Shown: one piece after another, positions 19,341 to 30,703 of the stretch
How positions within the stretch are numbered: the first letter of the stretch is position 1
Layout of the letters: every line of letters begins with the position of its first letter
Source: Diplonema japonicum
Taxonomy: Eukaryota > Protista > Euglenozoa: Diplonemea
Length of the DNA stretch: 64,000 nucleotides
Direction of reading: 5' to 3'
NCBI GenBank assembly: GCA_964019335.1
Contig: OZ025659.1
Coordinates: forward strand, 496,001 to 560,000
The notes under the pieces: generated by a model
Seen by the model: only the letters and a program-made list of their open reading frames with translations
Databases searched by the model: none
Told to the model about the DNA's origin: nothing
Program-made: the position numbers and the translations under genes

Positions 19341-20300
19341 ATGTTCAACCGCCGCCAGCAAAAAGGCAAGGTGAAGAAGATAACATGCCAGCAAGTAGCC
19401 CACAAGGGCGATCTTTTAGGAGAGTCGCCGGTGTGGTGCCAAAAGCGGCAGATGTTATTCTGGGTTGACATCTTAGGCAAAAAACTGCACAGTTTGAACC
19501 CAGACACGAACCACACAACGACAGCAGACACAGGACGGCACCACGTGGGAAGTATAGCAATGGTTGACAAGAGAGAAGGGCTGGCGGTGGCGGCAACACA
19601 GGAAGGTGTGGGGTATTTGAGTTTAAAGGACGGATCGTTCTCAAAAGTGGTGGACCCGGAGCAGCACAAACCAAGCAACAGGTTCAACGATGGAAAAGCA
19701 GACCCGTTGGGAAGATTCATAGTTGGCTCCATGTACACAAACAAACCAAAAAAGATGGGCACCGCTAACCTATTCTGCTTCAATGGGACACCAGACATCC
19801 AACTCGTCACTGCCGTAGGCAATGTAACCACCTCCAACGGGCTGGGGTGGAACGCAGACGGCTCGCTTTTCTATTACATAGACTCGCCCACCATGACTGT
19901 GAAACAGTATGAAAGAGATCCCAAAACTGGTTTGCTTTCCAACGGGCAGGATGTCATAATCATTCCTAAGGATCTGGGAGGCGCGCCTGATGGACTAGCT
20001 GTCGACTCTGAGGGTACTCTGTGGATCGCCTTGTTTCGCGGCGGGAAGGTCACCCGATGGGATCCCTTCACGGGGGAGCTTCTGGCCATCGTCGACGTTC
20101 CCTGTTTGCACGTCACGTCCGTGTGCTTCGGCGGGAAGAACCTCGACAGGCTGTACATCACAACTGCGAAGGGAAGCAGCGCCGAGGAGATCGAGGCGAA
20201 CCACAATAAATCTGCAGGTGCCGTGTTTGTTTGCCACCCGGGTGTCACGGGTCTACCTATGCACGAGTTTGCGTGGAACCAACACAAAGCAAACTTGTGA
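19341..20300 (+). CDS. Regucalcin/SMP-30/gluconolactonase family protein with PTS1-like C-terminus (-KANL)
   Basis: Motifs LGESPVW, LFWVDI, NRFNDGKADPLGRF, SNGLGW, PDGLAVDSEGTLWIA, TSVCFGGKNLDRLYITTA. ATG at 19341 follows a pyrimidine tract and AG; the track's upstream extension is non-coding. Confidence 0.92.
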   Translation: MFNRRQQKGKVKKITCQQVAHKGDLLGESPVWCQKRQMLFWVDILGKKLHSLNPDTNHTTTADTGRHHVGSIAMVDKREGLAVAATQEGVGYLSLKDGSFSKVVDPEQHKPSNRFNDGKADPLGRFIVGSMYTNKPKKMGTANLFCFNGTPDIQLVTAVGNVTTSNGLGWNADGSLFYYIDSPTMTVKQYERDPKTGLLSNGQDVIIIPKDLGGAPDGLAVDSEGTLWIALFRGGKVTRWDPFTGELLAIVDVPCLHVTSVCFGGKNLDRLYITTAKGSSAEEIEANHNKSAGAVFVCHPGVTGLPMHEFAWNQHKANL

Positions 20301-20385
20301 GGTTTTTTTTTCTCTTTCTTCTTCTTTTTTTTTTTTTTTTCTCTTCTTTTCAAACTTCTCAAGAGGGGAAAAAAAAAAGAATTCC

Positions 20386-20973
20386 ATGGAACGCCACGAG
20401 CAGAACAAACTCAGTCTGCAAACCTTCGCGCACTGCAGGCGGACAGCGAACCTGACACAGCTTCTTCCAGAGCTGTGGACGCTGATAAAGGAATACGTGG
20501 TTTGGGAGTGCGACGCGGACCCTTGGTTGGAACTGTGGAGGGTCAGCAAGGACATGTCCGCGAAGGAACATGGGGGATGGGAGGTTTCCATGTCAGTAGT
20601 CAGCCCGTACGAGCAGGGATCCACCGAAGGGGATTGGATGTCCTTCTACCTGCAGCAATCAGATAAAACATATAGGCAGCATGTGGAGTGGGAAGAGGGG
20701 CTTGGACTTCTCGATTCCCTTGGTTTCCGTAGCCCGGGTCTTACCCTTTTCCTTGATGCCATGTATTCCAAGCACGGTGGTGCCTTTGAGTCCATTTGGT
20801 TCACTGCCGATCCTTCAAAAACACTCTTTGGTCTTGACCTTGTCTTCAAGCCCCATACCTCTCCTAAGGTGAAAAGCAACTTTAACTATGCTCTTATCAT
20901 ACATGGTCAACATGCCTCCATAACTGTGGATGGTCATGAAGCCAGACAGTATGCCGAAGCTAAGACTGAATGA
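20386..20973 (+). CDS. Hypothetical protein (195 aa), possible F-box-like motif
   Basis: ATG after an A tract, normal coding composition, motif LTQLLPELWTLIKEYV. Confidence 0.65.
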   Translation: MERHEQNKLSLQTFAHCRRTANLTQLLPELWTLIKEYVVWECDADPWLELWRVSKDMSAKEHGGWEVSMSVVSPYEQGSTEGDWMSFYLQQSDKTYRQHVEWEEGLGLLDSLGFRSPGLTLFLDAMYSKHGGAFESIWFTADPSKTLFGLDLVFKPHTSPKVKSNFNYALIIHGQHASITVDGHEARQYAEAKTE

Positions 20974-21612
20974 TTTTTTTTTTCTTCTTTTTCTTTTTTG
21001 AAAAAGCAAAAGGAGGGATAAGGAAAATTCTCGCAGGGGTGAGGAAAAAAAAGGTGCCCCCCCCTTTTTTTTTACTCATGTGATCTAGTTACCTTGTTTC
21101 TCCCCCGTTCCTCTCCCTCCTTCCCTCTCATTCTCGAGAAGAAAAAGGGAAGAGAACGGAAATAAATAGTATTATTTTGAGGAGGGGGGAAGAAGAAAAA
21201 AAAGAAGAGAAAAAGAATTGAGTAATTTCTCTTCTTTTTTTTTTGTTGTGCTCCAAAGTATTATTTTTGTTCTGTTTTCTTCCCCCCTTTCTTCTTCTAT
21301 CCTTTATTTTAAAACACCTTTCACCCCCTCCCCCCTTCTTTCTTATGGAATGAAAAAAAAAAAAGGCACACTCTCAAAACACTTGGAAACAAAAAAAAAA
21401 GAAAAAGAAAAAGAGAAACTATTCGGTGCCATAACATAATACAAGAAAAGAAAAAAGCAGGGTTTAACGCCTTCATTACAAAAAAAAAAAAAAAAAAAAA
21501 AATCTCTCCCTCTTCTTCTTTTTTGTTTTACTTTTTTTTTATTTTTTATTTTTTATTTTCCTCTTCATGTCAATACCTCACAAAGAAAGGGAGGAGGCGA
21601 GGGGGAGGGAGA

Positions 21613-22416
21613 ATGGACGCTGAACTGGCAGCCCTTCGAGAAGAGGTCAGCATGCTACGAGGCATGATGCGGGTGCACACCAGTCCTCGGATAAAGGAGG
21701 AAGACGGGGTATCCATAGCAGAGTGGGAGGGCATGTCGCCTGTAAGACCAGCTGAGCTCGCCTCGCTTCCAAAGATGTCACCACAACGAGGAAGAGGAGA
21801 CCTGATAATGAAACACGGCGAAGCCACACGCGTAGACCGAGAAAACGGCGAAGTAGAAGCATTGTGGATCCGACTGGGGATGACAGCAAGGCTTGCCAGC
21901 AAGAAACGTGACATCAGCTTCTATGGAAAGCCATATGGTAACGTCCTCTGTGTCGCGGTGCACCAGATCCTCACCGAGCCTGACAGCATGGTGGAAACCG
22001 TAAACCTTGGCTGCACGAACATCACTCATGAAGGTCTTGCGGTCTTAGGCACCGCGCTGCGGTCTCGGGCGCACTCTCTCAAGGTTTTAAAGCTCAATGG
22101 GAACCCGCTTGTCGGTGATGCCGGTGTCGCAATTCTCATGAAAACGATCTCACCTTTCATATCCACCTTGGAGCTAGGCGACTGTGGTGTCACCTCGCAG
22201 GGCGTCTTCGCCGTCACCTCAACGCTCCCTCTCCTTCCTAACTTCAAACATCTCTACCTTTACTGCAATCCCGAGATCGGCGACCTCGGGGCCGCGCATT
22301 TTGCCGAGTCGGTAGGTGCCGGGTACGAGCTGGAAACGTTAAACCTGCAAAACTGCGGGGTCTCGGCAGATGCACGGCGGTGGCTTTTATCCGCGTCGAT
22401 TCAGGTTACGTTCTGA
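21613..22416 (+). CDS. RNI-like leucine-rich repeat protein
   Basis: Repeats VNLGCTNITHEG, LKLNGNPLVGDAG, LELGDCGVTSQG, LYLYCNPEIGDLG, LNLQNCGVSAD. Confidence 0.88.
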   Translation: MDAELAALREEVSMLRGMMRVHTSPRIKEEDGVSIAEWEGMSPVRPAELASLPKMSPQRGRGDLIMKHGEATRVDRENGEVEALWIRLGMTARLASKKRDISFYGKPYGNVLCVAVHQILTEPDSMVETVNLGCTNITHEGLAVLGTALRSRAHSLKVLKLNGNPLVGDAGVAILMKTISPFISTLELGDCGVTSQGVFAVTSTLPLLPNFKHLYLYCNPEIGDLGAAHFAESVGAGYELETLNLQNCGVSADARRWLLSASIQVTF

Positions 22417-22628
22417 GGAATTCGGGGGGGGGGGATTTTTTTTATTTCCCTTTTTTTTTAAATTTAGAGCTTTGTTGTACAATGAAAGAAAACGAAAAAA
22501 AAAGAAGAAGAAAACCTTTTTTGTGTAGCGATCCCCCCCCCCCCCCCCCCCCCCCCCATCAACATTACACAGGAGAGAGGTGAGAGAAAAGGAGAGTAGA
22601 ACGGGGGGTGGAGGGGGAGGGGGGAAGG

Positions 22629-23913
22629 ATGTCGGAAAACAGCCAAACATTAGAGGCCGTGAAATATCTGAAAAAACACAGAGTCGCAGGGATAGTAGAG
22701 GGAGCGATAGAAAGATTGGTGGCGGAGCGGCCGGAGCACCCGAAGGACTGGCTCCGAAGATGTTTCGGAGACGAGCTGGAGGAGAGGGAGAGCGACGACG
22801 CATACCTGCGACGACACAACATAAGAGAAATGATCGACAAGGCCGTCCTTGACATGGTGAAGGTGACAAACGCAGAAGAACCCAAAGCGTTCTTAAGAGA
22901 GTACTTCACCCCCGTGTACACATCACCACCGCGACGACAAGTGGAAGAGGCCAACGACGACACCCCACCAACCTCACCAGGCAACCTAGTCCGTGGCCGC
23001 TCATTTCTCGGAAGCTGGACTTCCCAACTCCAACGATACTACTTGCAAACAACCAGCCCTATGTACACGTGCAACGTCCACGCATCCCGTTCAACCACAT
23101 CTTCCATCGTAACCGTTAAAAAAGAGTACGACGGGATAGCAGTGGACAAAGAAGAGGACGGGTGGCTTCGGATAACAGAGGGTACCGGCTGGGTTTTGAA
23201 GGCGAAGGAAGGAGAGTTTTCATGGGTTCCAATGGGGACGGAAGCTGGCATTGTGTTGAGGGAAAGTGAAATACCGGGTGGCTTCGGTAAGAATCAACCC
23301 ATAAGTTCGGCCCTCGACAGCTCCAAACACGGTGTTGTGCTTGGAAAATCCGAGACAGGAACCAACAAGATCCAAGTGAAATGGGACGGAATAGACGATG
23401 TGGAAGACGTTGAAATCTCAGAGGTGGAGATAAAAGTCACAAGGACAAGGCCCCGTGCTCCGACTATGGTGTGGGACAACGAGACAACATTGATCCCACC
23501 CCAAGCTGAAGAAGACAAGGGTCTCCCCGTTGTAGTGTTCGATCTGGACGAGACGCTTATCTACGCAAGAGAAGGCCCACTCCACGCAAGGGCAGGCGTC
23601 GCAGAAATGTTCAAAATGCTGCACGGCAAAGCGGAAGTCCTTGTTTGGACCGCAGGGATGCGTGCGTACGCACAGGCCATCATACAACAGATAGACCCTT
23701 TGAACGTTGTGAAGCACTGCGTCTATAGACACCCGAAGTGGCACCCGATTGCCGCCTCGGGACAAAGAAAAAACCTGACCTTTTTGGGACGGCCAATGGA
23801 GCATATTTTGTTGGTGGAGAACTCACCGGATTCCTTGATTGGAGACGAGGAGAACGCAGTGCTGTTGCCGGATTATGTCGGGAGGGACGAAGATGGTAAT
23901 GAGGGGGGAAAAG

Positions 23914-23972
<59 letters not shown>

Positions 23973-24080
23973 AATTAAGATAATACGATACCCGTGCTTT
24001 TCAAACTCCTGAAAAGCCTTGTGAACCAACACGAGATCACCGTTCCCGAGTTTTTGCACCAGTCGCAGTTTGTTGTATGA
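22629..24080 (+). CDS. FCP1/SCP (NIF)-type HAD phosphatase with N-terminal RIIa/Dpy-30-like docking modules; 2 exons
   Basis: Motifs VVVFDLDETL, VWTAG, LLVENSP. Removing intron 23896-23979 (GTAAT...poly-A...TTAAG) replaces the poly-Lys artefact with DNTIPVLFKLLKSLV...FVV*. Confidence 0.88.
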
Positions 24081-24926
24081 ATTTAAAAAAAAAAAATAAA
24101 TAAAAAGAAAATTCTTTTTTCCCCAGCAACTTCATGAAGTTATAATGTCAGACGGTGTGAAAACTCACGCTTACATTCTGAACACTCATGCGCACGCCTC
24201 GCCCCTTGTTCCTCAAGGGCACCAACCTGCTGAGATTTTGCTGCAAAACCCTGTTCCGTTGCCCCTTCTAGACGAGCCTTCAGACGTTGACACCTCTACC
24301 CCCCCCGTCGAGGTGGAGGATGCCGTTCTCATCCCGCAGGAGATCTCAGAGGGGGAAGACTAGACCTAAAGCCTTTGGATGGGCTGGCGACACCCCACTT
24401 ATTTTTATGCCCTCTTCATGTATACTATACTCCGAAAGTCGTTTTTTTTTCTCTTTTTTTTCGTTATTGTTGTTATTGCTTTATGTAATGGTGGGGTGGC
24501 AGGGGAGGGGGGGGGGAGAACGTTATAATTGCGATTTTTTTATTTGTAATTAAAATAGAGAAAGGCGCCATAAAAACTTTTCCGTCTGAAGACTTCCGAT
24601 CACTTTTTTTTTTCACACACAAAACTCATTTCTTCAAAAAAAAAAACCCCCAAAAAAGAAAGAGGGAAAAAAACCCCTTCCATGTGGACTTGGCTTTCTT
24701 TTTTGGAGCCGAAATGAAATCTTTTGTCTTTTCTCCCGACAGAACCCAAGAAGTTACAACTCCTTTCGCTGGAATTCTTCTCACAAAAAGTTTATGACGG
24801 CCTTTTTATTAACCCCCCCGCTTTTTAATTTTTATTCTTCTTCATATAATCAAACAGTTCCCCCCTTTTTTTTGAATTAACCTTGCCGCCCAAAAATGCT
24901 TATATAAAACATCAAAGGGGGAAGGA

Positions 24927-25571
24927 ATGGACGAAGACGACATCCCAGCGCCCCCTCCTCCGCCCCCGCCTCCAGGGGTTGCAGGGATGATGGCATTGCC
25001 CTCATTGTCCCCCTTGACAGGAGGAGTCGAAGGAAATACAGGGAGAGATGCTGCCAGGAAGAAATGGTTGGACGAAATGACAAAGAAGCAGGAGGAAGAG
25101 GAGAACAAGGCGGTGAAAGAGAAGGAACAACGGATGAAGAAAGCGGAGGAGGAAACTAAAATTCGAACAATATCCGTGCAGTTCATAAGCAAGAAAGCAC
25201 TGGAGAGTGTCAAGGCCCAAGGTACTTGCGGGACAGGGATACGGCCACACGACGCCCTCAGTGCCGGAGCTATCATTCAGCAAAAACAGCAAAAGAACAA
25301 TGAGAGGGAAGCGATAAAGCGCTTGAAGCAGGAGCTCGAAGTTATGTCCAGCAAGCCTGTCGCACTTCCCGCAGCTTCCCTTCCCACCCCGCCCCCACGG
25401 CGTCGGCGGCAACGACGCAGCACCAGCTCTTCTACTGTGTCTTCTTCCAGGTCAAGCAGACGGCGTCGGCGAAGAAATAGAGAAAGAGATAGGGACAGGG
25501 ACAGGGACAGGGACAGGAACAAGTACAGAAGGCACAGGGACTCAGATAGAGGTCACAGACGGAGAAGTTAA
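24927..25571 (+). CDS. Low-complexity Arg/Ser- and RD-rich nuclear-type protein
   Basis: 214-aa ORF with poly-Pro, a coiled coil and an RS/RD-repeat C-terminus. Confidence 0.75.
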   Translation: MDEDDIPAPPPPPPPPGVAGMMALPSLSPLTGGVEGNTGRDAARKKWLDEMTKKQEEEENKAVKEKEQRMKKAEEETKIRTISVQFISKKALESVKAQGTCGTGIRPHDALSAGAIIQQKQQKNNEREAIKRLKQELEVMSSKPVALPAASLPTPPPRRRRQRRSTSSSTVSSSRSSRRRRRRNRERDRDRDRDRDRNKYRRHRDSDRGHRRRS

Positions 25572-25724
25572 CACCCCCCTTTTTTATTCTTATGTATTGA
25601 ACTACTTCCCTCCTTTCAAACACTTTTTACAGAGGTAATTAGAAGAAGAAAAAGGGGGAAAGAAGGAGAAAAAAAAGAGGGGGAAGAAAAAAAGAAGAAA
25701 TACTAAAGATAAAAATATAAAAAA

Positions 25725-27042
25725 ATGAGTAAGATAATGGACGGGTTAGCAGGTGCCGTTAGCGGCGCAGCAGGTGCTGTCGGCGGTGCGATGTCGGCAA
25801 TTGGGGGATCGATAACGGTATCTTCAAAAAAAAGAAAAAAAAAGGAAAAAAAAAGGGTTTCGCGGACGACTCTGAGACGGCACAGAACTGCAAGGAGGCG
25901 GAAGCATCCTATGCCGAGTACTACAAAAGTGTCTGTGGTGCATCAAAGACAATCGAAGTTAAGGTGGACAAGGGGAGCGACTGGGACTCAAGAACACAGG
26001 AGTTCATGAAAAAGGGCGCCCCGAATTCTTTCGGCGACAAGTGGACCCTGCAGTTCCTCAGGGACGAGGACAAGAAGGCTGTCTGGGAAAAGGGCTGCGA
26101 CAAGGTGGTCCTGACCTACGCCAAGGAACCGTCCAGCGAGGAGCTGGAGCACATCGATGAAAATTCGTGGGCACGCGTGTCCCGAGAAGATGACACAGTG
26201 TACATCAAGTTCTACGAAAGGTGTCTTGGGTACTCCACCATCTACTTGAGGGATGAGATTGAATTCGGACTGAACATGGACCAGCTGACCGGGAAATGTT
26301 ACTACAAGTCAGGCTGGGTTGATAAATTCAGCGAACCAAAATTCCCATTCGGCTCCGACAGCGTGAAGAGGTGGCTGCAGTGCCGTCACTACTGTGTTTA
26401 CTGGTATGGGGAGAAAAAAAAAAGAAGAAATAAAAAAAATAAAAATCAGGTACCCCAGAAGGATGTGGGGTTGGAACTGGAAGGCCAACGAGGCACCTGA
26501 GGGTGAAGATTCGTCGCTTTTCGACAAGCTTCCTGGTTTGCCTGATATCAAGCTTCCCAAGCTTCCTGGCCTCCCTGATCTCTCGATGCCTGACCTGTCC
26601 ATGCCTGATGTGTCGATGCCCGATGTGTCCATGCCTGACGTGTCGATGCCTGATCTCTCTATGCCTGACCTTTCGGCGCCTGATTTGTCTGCACCCGACC
26701 TCTCTGCACCCGATCTTCCAGAACAGAAGAAGAGGCCTTCCCACAGATGGTCCCCTCATGGGCGCATCCAGCTGAACGGGGCCAAAGTCTGCAGCAAAGG
26801 GAAGACCCTCATTATCTCCGGTGCCACTATTCTTCAATTCTGGGAAAACCGCTCAGGGGGGTATGAAGAGGAGAAGAACAAGAGAATCGAAGTGGAATGC
26901 GATGACAAGGAGCAGGCTGAGTCATGGGTATGTGTAGCGAGGGTGATTTCTTTTTGAATAAAAAAAATTAACAAAGGTTGAAACCCTCATTTTCGGCGGT
27001 GCCGAGCCAGGCGAAGTCAGCGGGTGTTGCAACATACAATAG
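25725..27042 (+). CDS. PH-domain protein split by pentapeptide repeats, C-terminal CaaX-like CCNIQ; 4 exons
   Basis: Introns 25818-25855, 26404-26449 and 26928-26976 (all GTAT..AG) join three track ORFs plus a short final exon in frame. PH N-half KSGWVDK...KRWLQCRHYCVYWY; C-half GRIQLNGAKV...IEVECDDKEQAESWVETL. Confidence 0.82.
26574..26718 (+). repeat. 15-bp coding tandem repeat, 10 x (M/A)PD(L/V)S
   Basis: atgcctgacctgtcc-like units are directly visible. Confidence 0.9.
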
Positions 27043-27412
27043 ACTGTAGGACAAAAAAAAAAAATGAGCGAGGGAAAAAAAGGGAGGGGATTGCCCCCCC
27101 CTTTTTTTTTGCCCCCCCCTCTCCTCCTCTTTTTTTTCTCTACCATCCCCTCATCCTTCTTGTTCAGTTCCAAAAAAAAAAAAGTAATCCCCCATTTTTT
27201 CTTCTTCTTTTTTTTCCCCTATAATATCTTATTCCCCCCCCCCCCCCCATGTTAGTCACACAATTTAGTGAAGAGAGAACCCAATGCGAAGGAGCATGTT
27301 TTTTTTTTTCTCCCTGTTTTCCCTCTAGTCCCTCCACCGCCATCATGTCGGCCTTCTTTGAAGGGCAGGCTTTCTCATTGTTCCCCGTCCTTAGCCCGCT
27401 CTAGGTTTGCGG

Positions 27413-27462
<50 letters not shown>

Positions 27463-29215
27463 CGGCTCCCCATAGGCTTCTATCCTAGCCTGCTGCGGTG
27501 CTTCCCTACTTACCTACCCTCCCCCCTGTTTTATTTCCTCCTTTTTCTGATGCAATTTAATTATTAAATCGTATTGGCAAATCGTCGGGAAATGTGCAGG
27601 GGAGAGAGAAAGAAGGGAAGAATAGGAAGAGGGAAAGTTCCCCTCCGGGTGTGCGTTGTAAAAAGAAAAAAAAAAAGAAGTAAAAGAAAAAGAAAGAAAA
27701 TGAATGCATGAGAAAAGAGAAAAAATGGAAAGAAGAAAGCTCCTAGTTTTTTTTTTTCTTCTTCTTCTTCCCCTCTCCCCTCCAACGAGCCTTTTTTTTT
27801 TTCTTCCCTTTTTCTTCTCCTTTCGCCCCCCCCCCCCCCCCCCCCCCCCTGGTTTGGATCGCTTGTCGTGCTGGTTTTTTTTTTTTGTTCAGCTTGATTT
27901 GTTTTTTTCCTTATGTGAAAAAAACCTTTTAATTTGTTCCCAGGTGGTAAGTGATATAAACAAATTCACGGAGAAAAGAGTTGGGGAGGGGGGGGAAAAA
28001 AAAACGGGTGTTTTACTTTCCATTTTTTTTGTCTCACACAAGGTAGTTTTTTTTTGTTTTTTTTAAAGGAGGTGATAGAGGGAAGTGGGGCTCCCTGTTA
28101 CTAGTCCGCCCTCCCCTGCTGTTTCCCTCCCTTTTTTTTCTTTTTCTCCCCCCGGAAGGGGGGGGCAAATTTGTGAGTGTTCTGACCATCTATTGAATTA
28201 TTGTAAAGGGGCCAAAATAAAAAAAGAGGGAAAAAAAAGAAGATGGTGGCTAAAAAGAAGAAGCAAGGAAAGTAAAAAAAAAAGAACAGAAAATAGAAAT
28301 AAAATAATAATAAAAGAGGGAGGGGGATGCCTGCAAATCCTCTTTGTTTTCCCCCATAGAAATAGGGTACACCGTTCTTCGGGAAAAATAAGAGAAGGTT
28401 TTAGCTTCTGTCCCCCTCTTTTTTTTTTTTTTTCTCTTCTTCTTTTTCAGTTGTCTGGCTCTCCTTTGACCGCTTGTTACTTTTTTTTATTGTGAAAACA
28501 TGCCGTAGCGCGAAAAAAAAAAAAAAAGGAAATAAAAAAAAAAGTTCCCACTCGTATCTTAAGTTTGCTTTACCATGCAACATAGGGGAACAAGAGGGGG
28601 ATAAAAAAAATGGCATCTCTTTGTTTTTATTTTTTATTTTCCCCTCACCTCTTTTTCATTATCCCCCCCCCCCCCCCTTCCCACGCTTTTATTTTCTTCC
28701 TCTCTCCTCTCTCTCTCTCTCCTTCAAAACAAAAACAAAAAAGAGAACCTTCTATCTAGACCCCAAGATTTTGGGAAAATGTTCGGGAGGGGGGGAAAAT
28801 GTCCATTTTCAGGGGAGGGGGAAACGAATCCTCACCAGGGGTCTTTTTTTTTTCGGTGAACAACGGAATAGAATCCCTCCCAATGGTGTGCCAATACCAG
28901 CGATTTGACCACTTTGGATTTTCCTTAAATCTTTTCCCTCCCCCCCATATGGCGTCTAGATAGCAATTCTCACACCACTCCCGTTCCCTCCCCCCAAAAA
29001 AAAAGAAAAAAAAAACCCCCCTCCCCACTTTTTCTTCCAATTGTCCCAATTCCCTGTTTTTCCCACCCTGTCATCCACGTCCCCCCTTGTTTACCCTCTT
29101 TTTTTTTTGAAATCCCATTGTCTATGACCCCTCTCACCCTTGTTCACCGGAAAAAAAAAATGATTTCATTAAAAAAAAATTCTTCTTTAAAAAAAAAAAG
29201 AGGGGGTAAAAAAAA

Positions 29216-29900
29216 ATGGAGTGGGGCGCAGCACAACCCCGGGTAGCAGGGAAGGCAGGAAGCGGCGGCTTGGCGGGGAGCGAAAATGTAAGAATGCTGA
29301 CAGCGGACATCTTCAAGATGATGCAAGGGAAGAGGAAGAAGACCCTGCCGGCGAGCGCGTTAAAGGTGAACTCGACTCACAGGCTGTGGTCGCTCGAGCG
29401 GACGTACAGGTTCTACTGTTCGGCAAGCGGGAAATGGGTAATCTCGGATGAGGTGGCATATGATGAGAAGCTTGGGACCTTCCAGAGCGCGAAGGAGTAC
29501 CAACGTGCGGTGAGGCCTCGGAACGGGATGAAGCAACAGTTCAACTTCTGGCCGCAGCTTGGTGTGGGGCAGGTTCGGTACAACGAGCTGTCCGCAGCGC
29601 CTTCCAACCCCTACAACAACCCCGCCGCTGCCTTCATCCCATCGATCGCACGTCCTGTTGGTGCGCCTGCGCCTGCGCCGTCGCCCGGGCATTACCAGCC
29701 CGCCCCCGATTTTTCTGCAAGCTCGGAGTACACAGACTCCGGGCATGGTATTGTGGATACGGAGTCGACAGCAGAGATGTTCCCCGACTCCACTACTGTC
29801 GGCGACCATTCCAGCGCTTGGAACCAAACAGAACGTGGTGACAATTCGTCAGTGTTTGGTGGGCAGACAGAGGTATTTAATAGAGGAAGAAGAGAAGAAG

Positions 29901-29940
<40 letters not shown>

Positions 29941-30352
29941 ACCAGGCAACATCTGTCGTCGGTGACCGTACCTCGCAGTACGAGGGCAACACTGACTACG
30001 GGTCCACCTTCGATGCTTCTGAGGCAGCTGAACGGTTCACAGCAAGGATTAACCCCACCGACAGGATTGGTAAGGTTGCAAGTCTCACGGGTGTTGATAG
30101 GTATGATTGGAGAACGGGGGGAAGGGGACAAAATCTTTTCTTTTATTATAGGGGAACTGCAACGCTTGCTGTTAATGAGTTTGACTCGATGGACAAAATA
30201 CCTAAACAGGGGAGTAAAGAGTATGTTGGAACAAACAAAAAAAAAAAAAAGAGAGAAACAAAAAATCCCTCAGATACTCGAACTGGCTGCGTGAGTTTAG
30301 TGGCAAGCACGGTTTTAAACCGGATATTCTCATTAAATTGCCCAAGGATTAA
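29216..30352 (+). CDS. Hypothetical protein; 4 exons
   Basis: Introns 29873-29945, 30101-30151 and 30221-30273 (GTAT..AG) give a continuous frame ending EYSNWLREFSGKHGFKPDILIKLPKD*. Confidence 0.75.
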
Positions 30353-30703
30353 TAATAAGAATAATGAAATAATAATAATACAAAAAAGAAAAAAAAAAAA
30401 GGAGAACAAAAAAGAAAAAGAAAAAAACGGAGGGAAGACGTCCACACATGACAACTCCTATCCCTAACCCCCCCTTTTTTTTCCAAATTTGATTGGCCTT
30501 TAACAAACCATGTTCGTGCAACAAAACTTGGGGGGGGGGGGGGGGGAACTGGTGGGGGGAGAGAGTTAGTGTTTATGACCCCCCCCCCCTCTCCCTTCTT
30601 AGTTTATTTTGCGTTTTTGTACTCTCAAAAAAAAAGAGGGGAAATCATTTATATTTTTTTGTCTGTCTCTTCTGCTCCCACCCCCACATGACCACAAAAA
30701 AGA

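Noticed and set aside
23896-23978. Poly-Lys C-terminus of the 22608 ORF, and similar poly-K/poly-F ORFs throughout
   Set aside because: Translation of intronic or intergenic homopolymers; splicing restores normal protein ends.
24145-24363. 72-aa + strand ORF
   Set aside because: Short with no recognisable motif; could be UTR. Not supportable as a gene, though not excluded.
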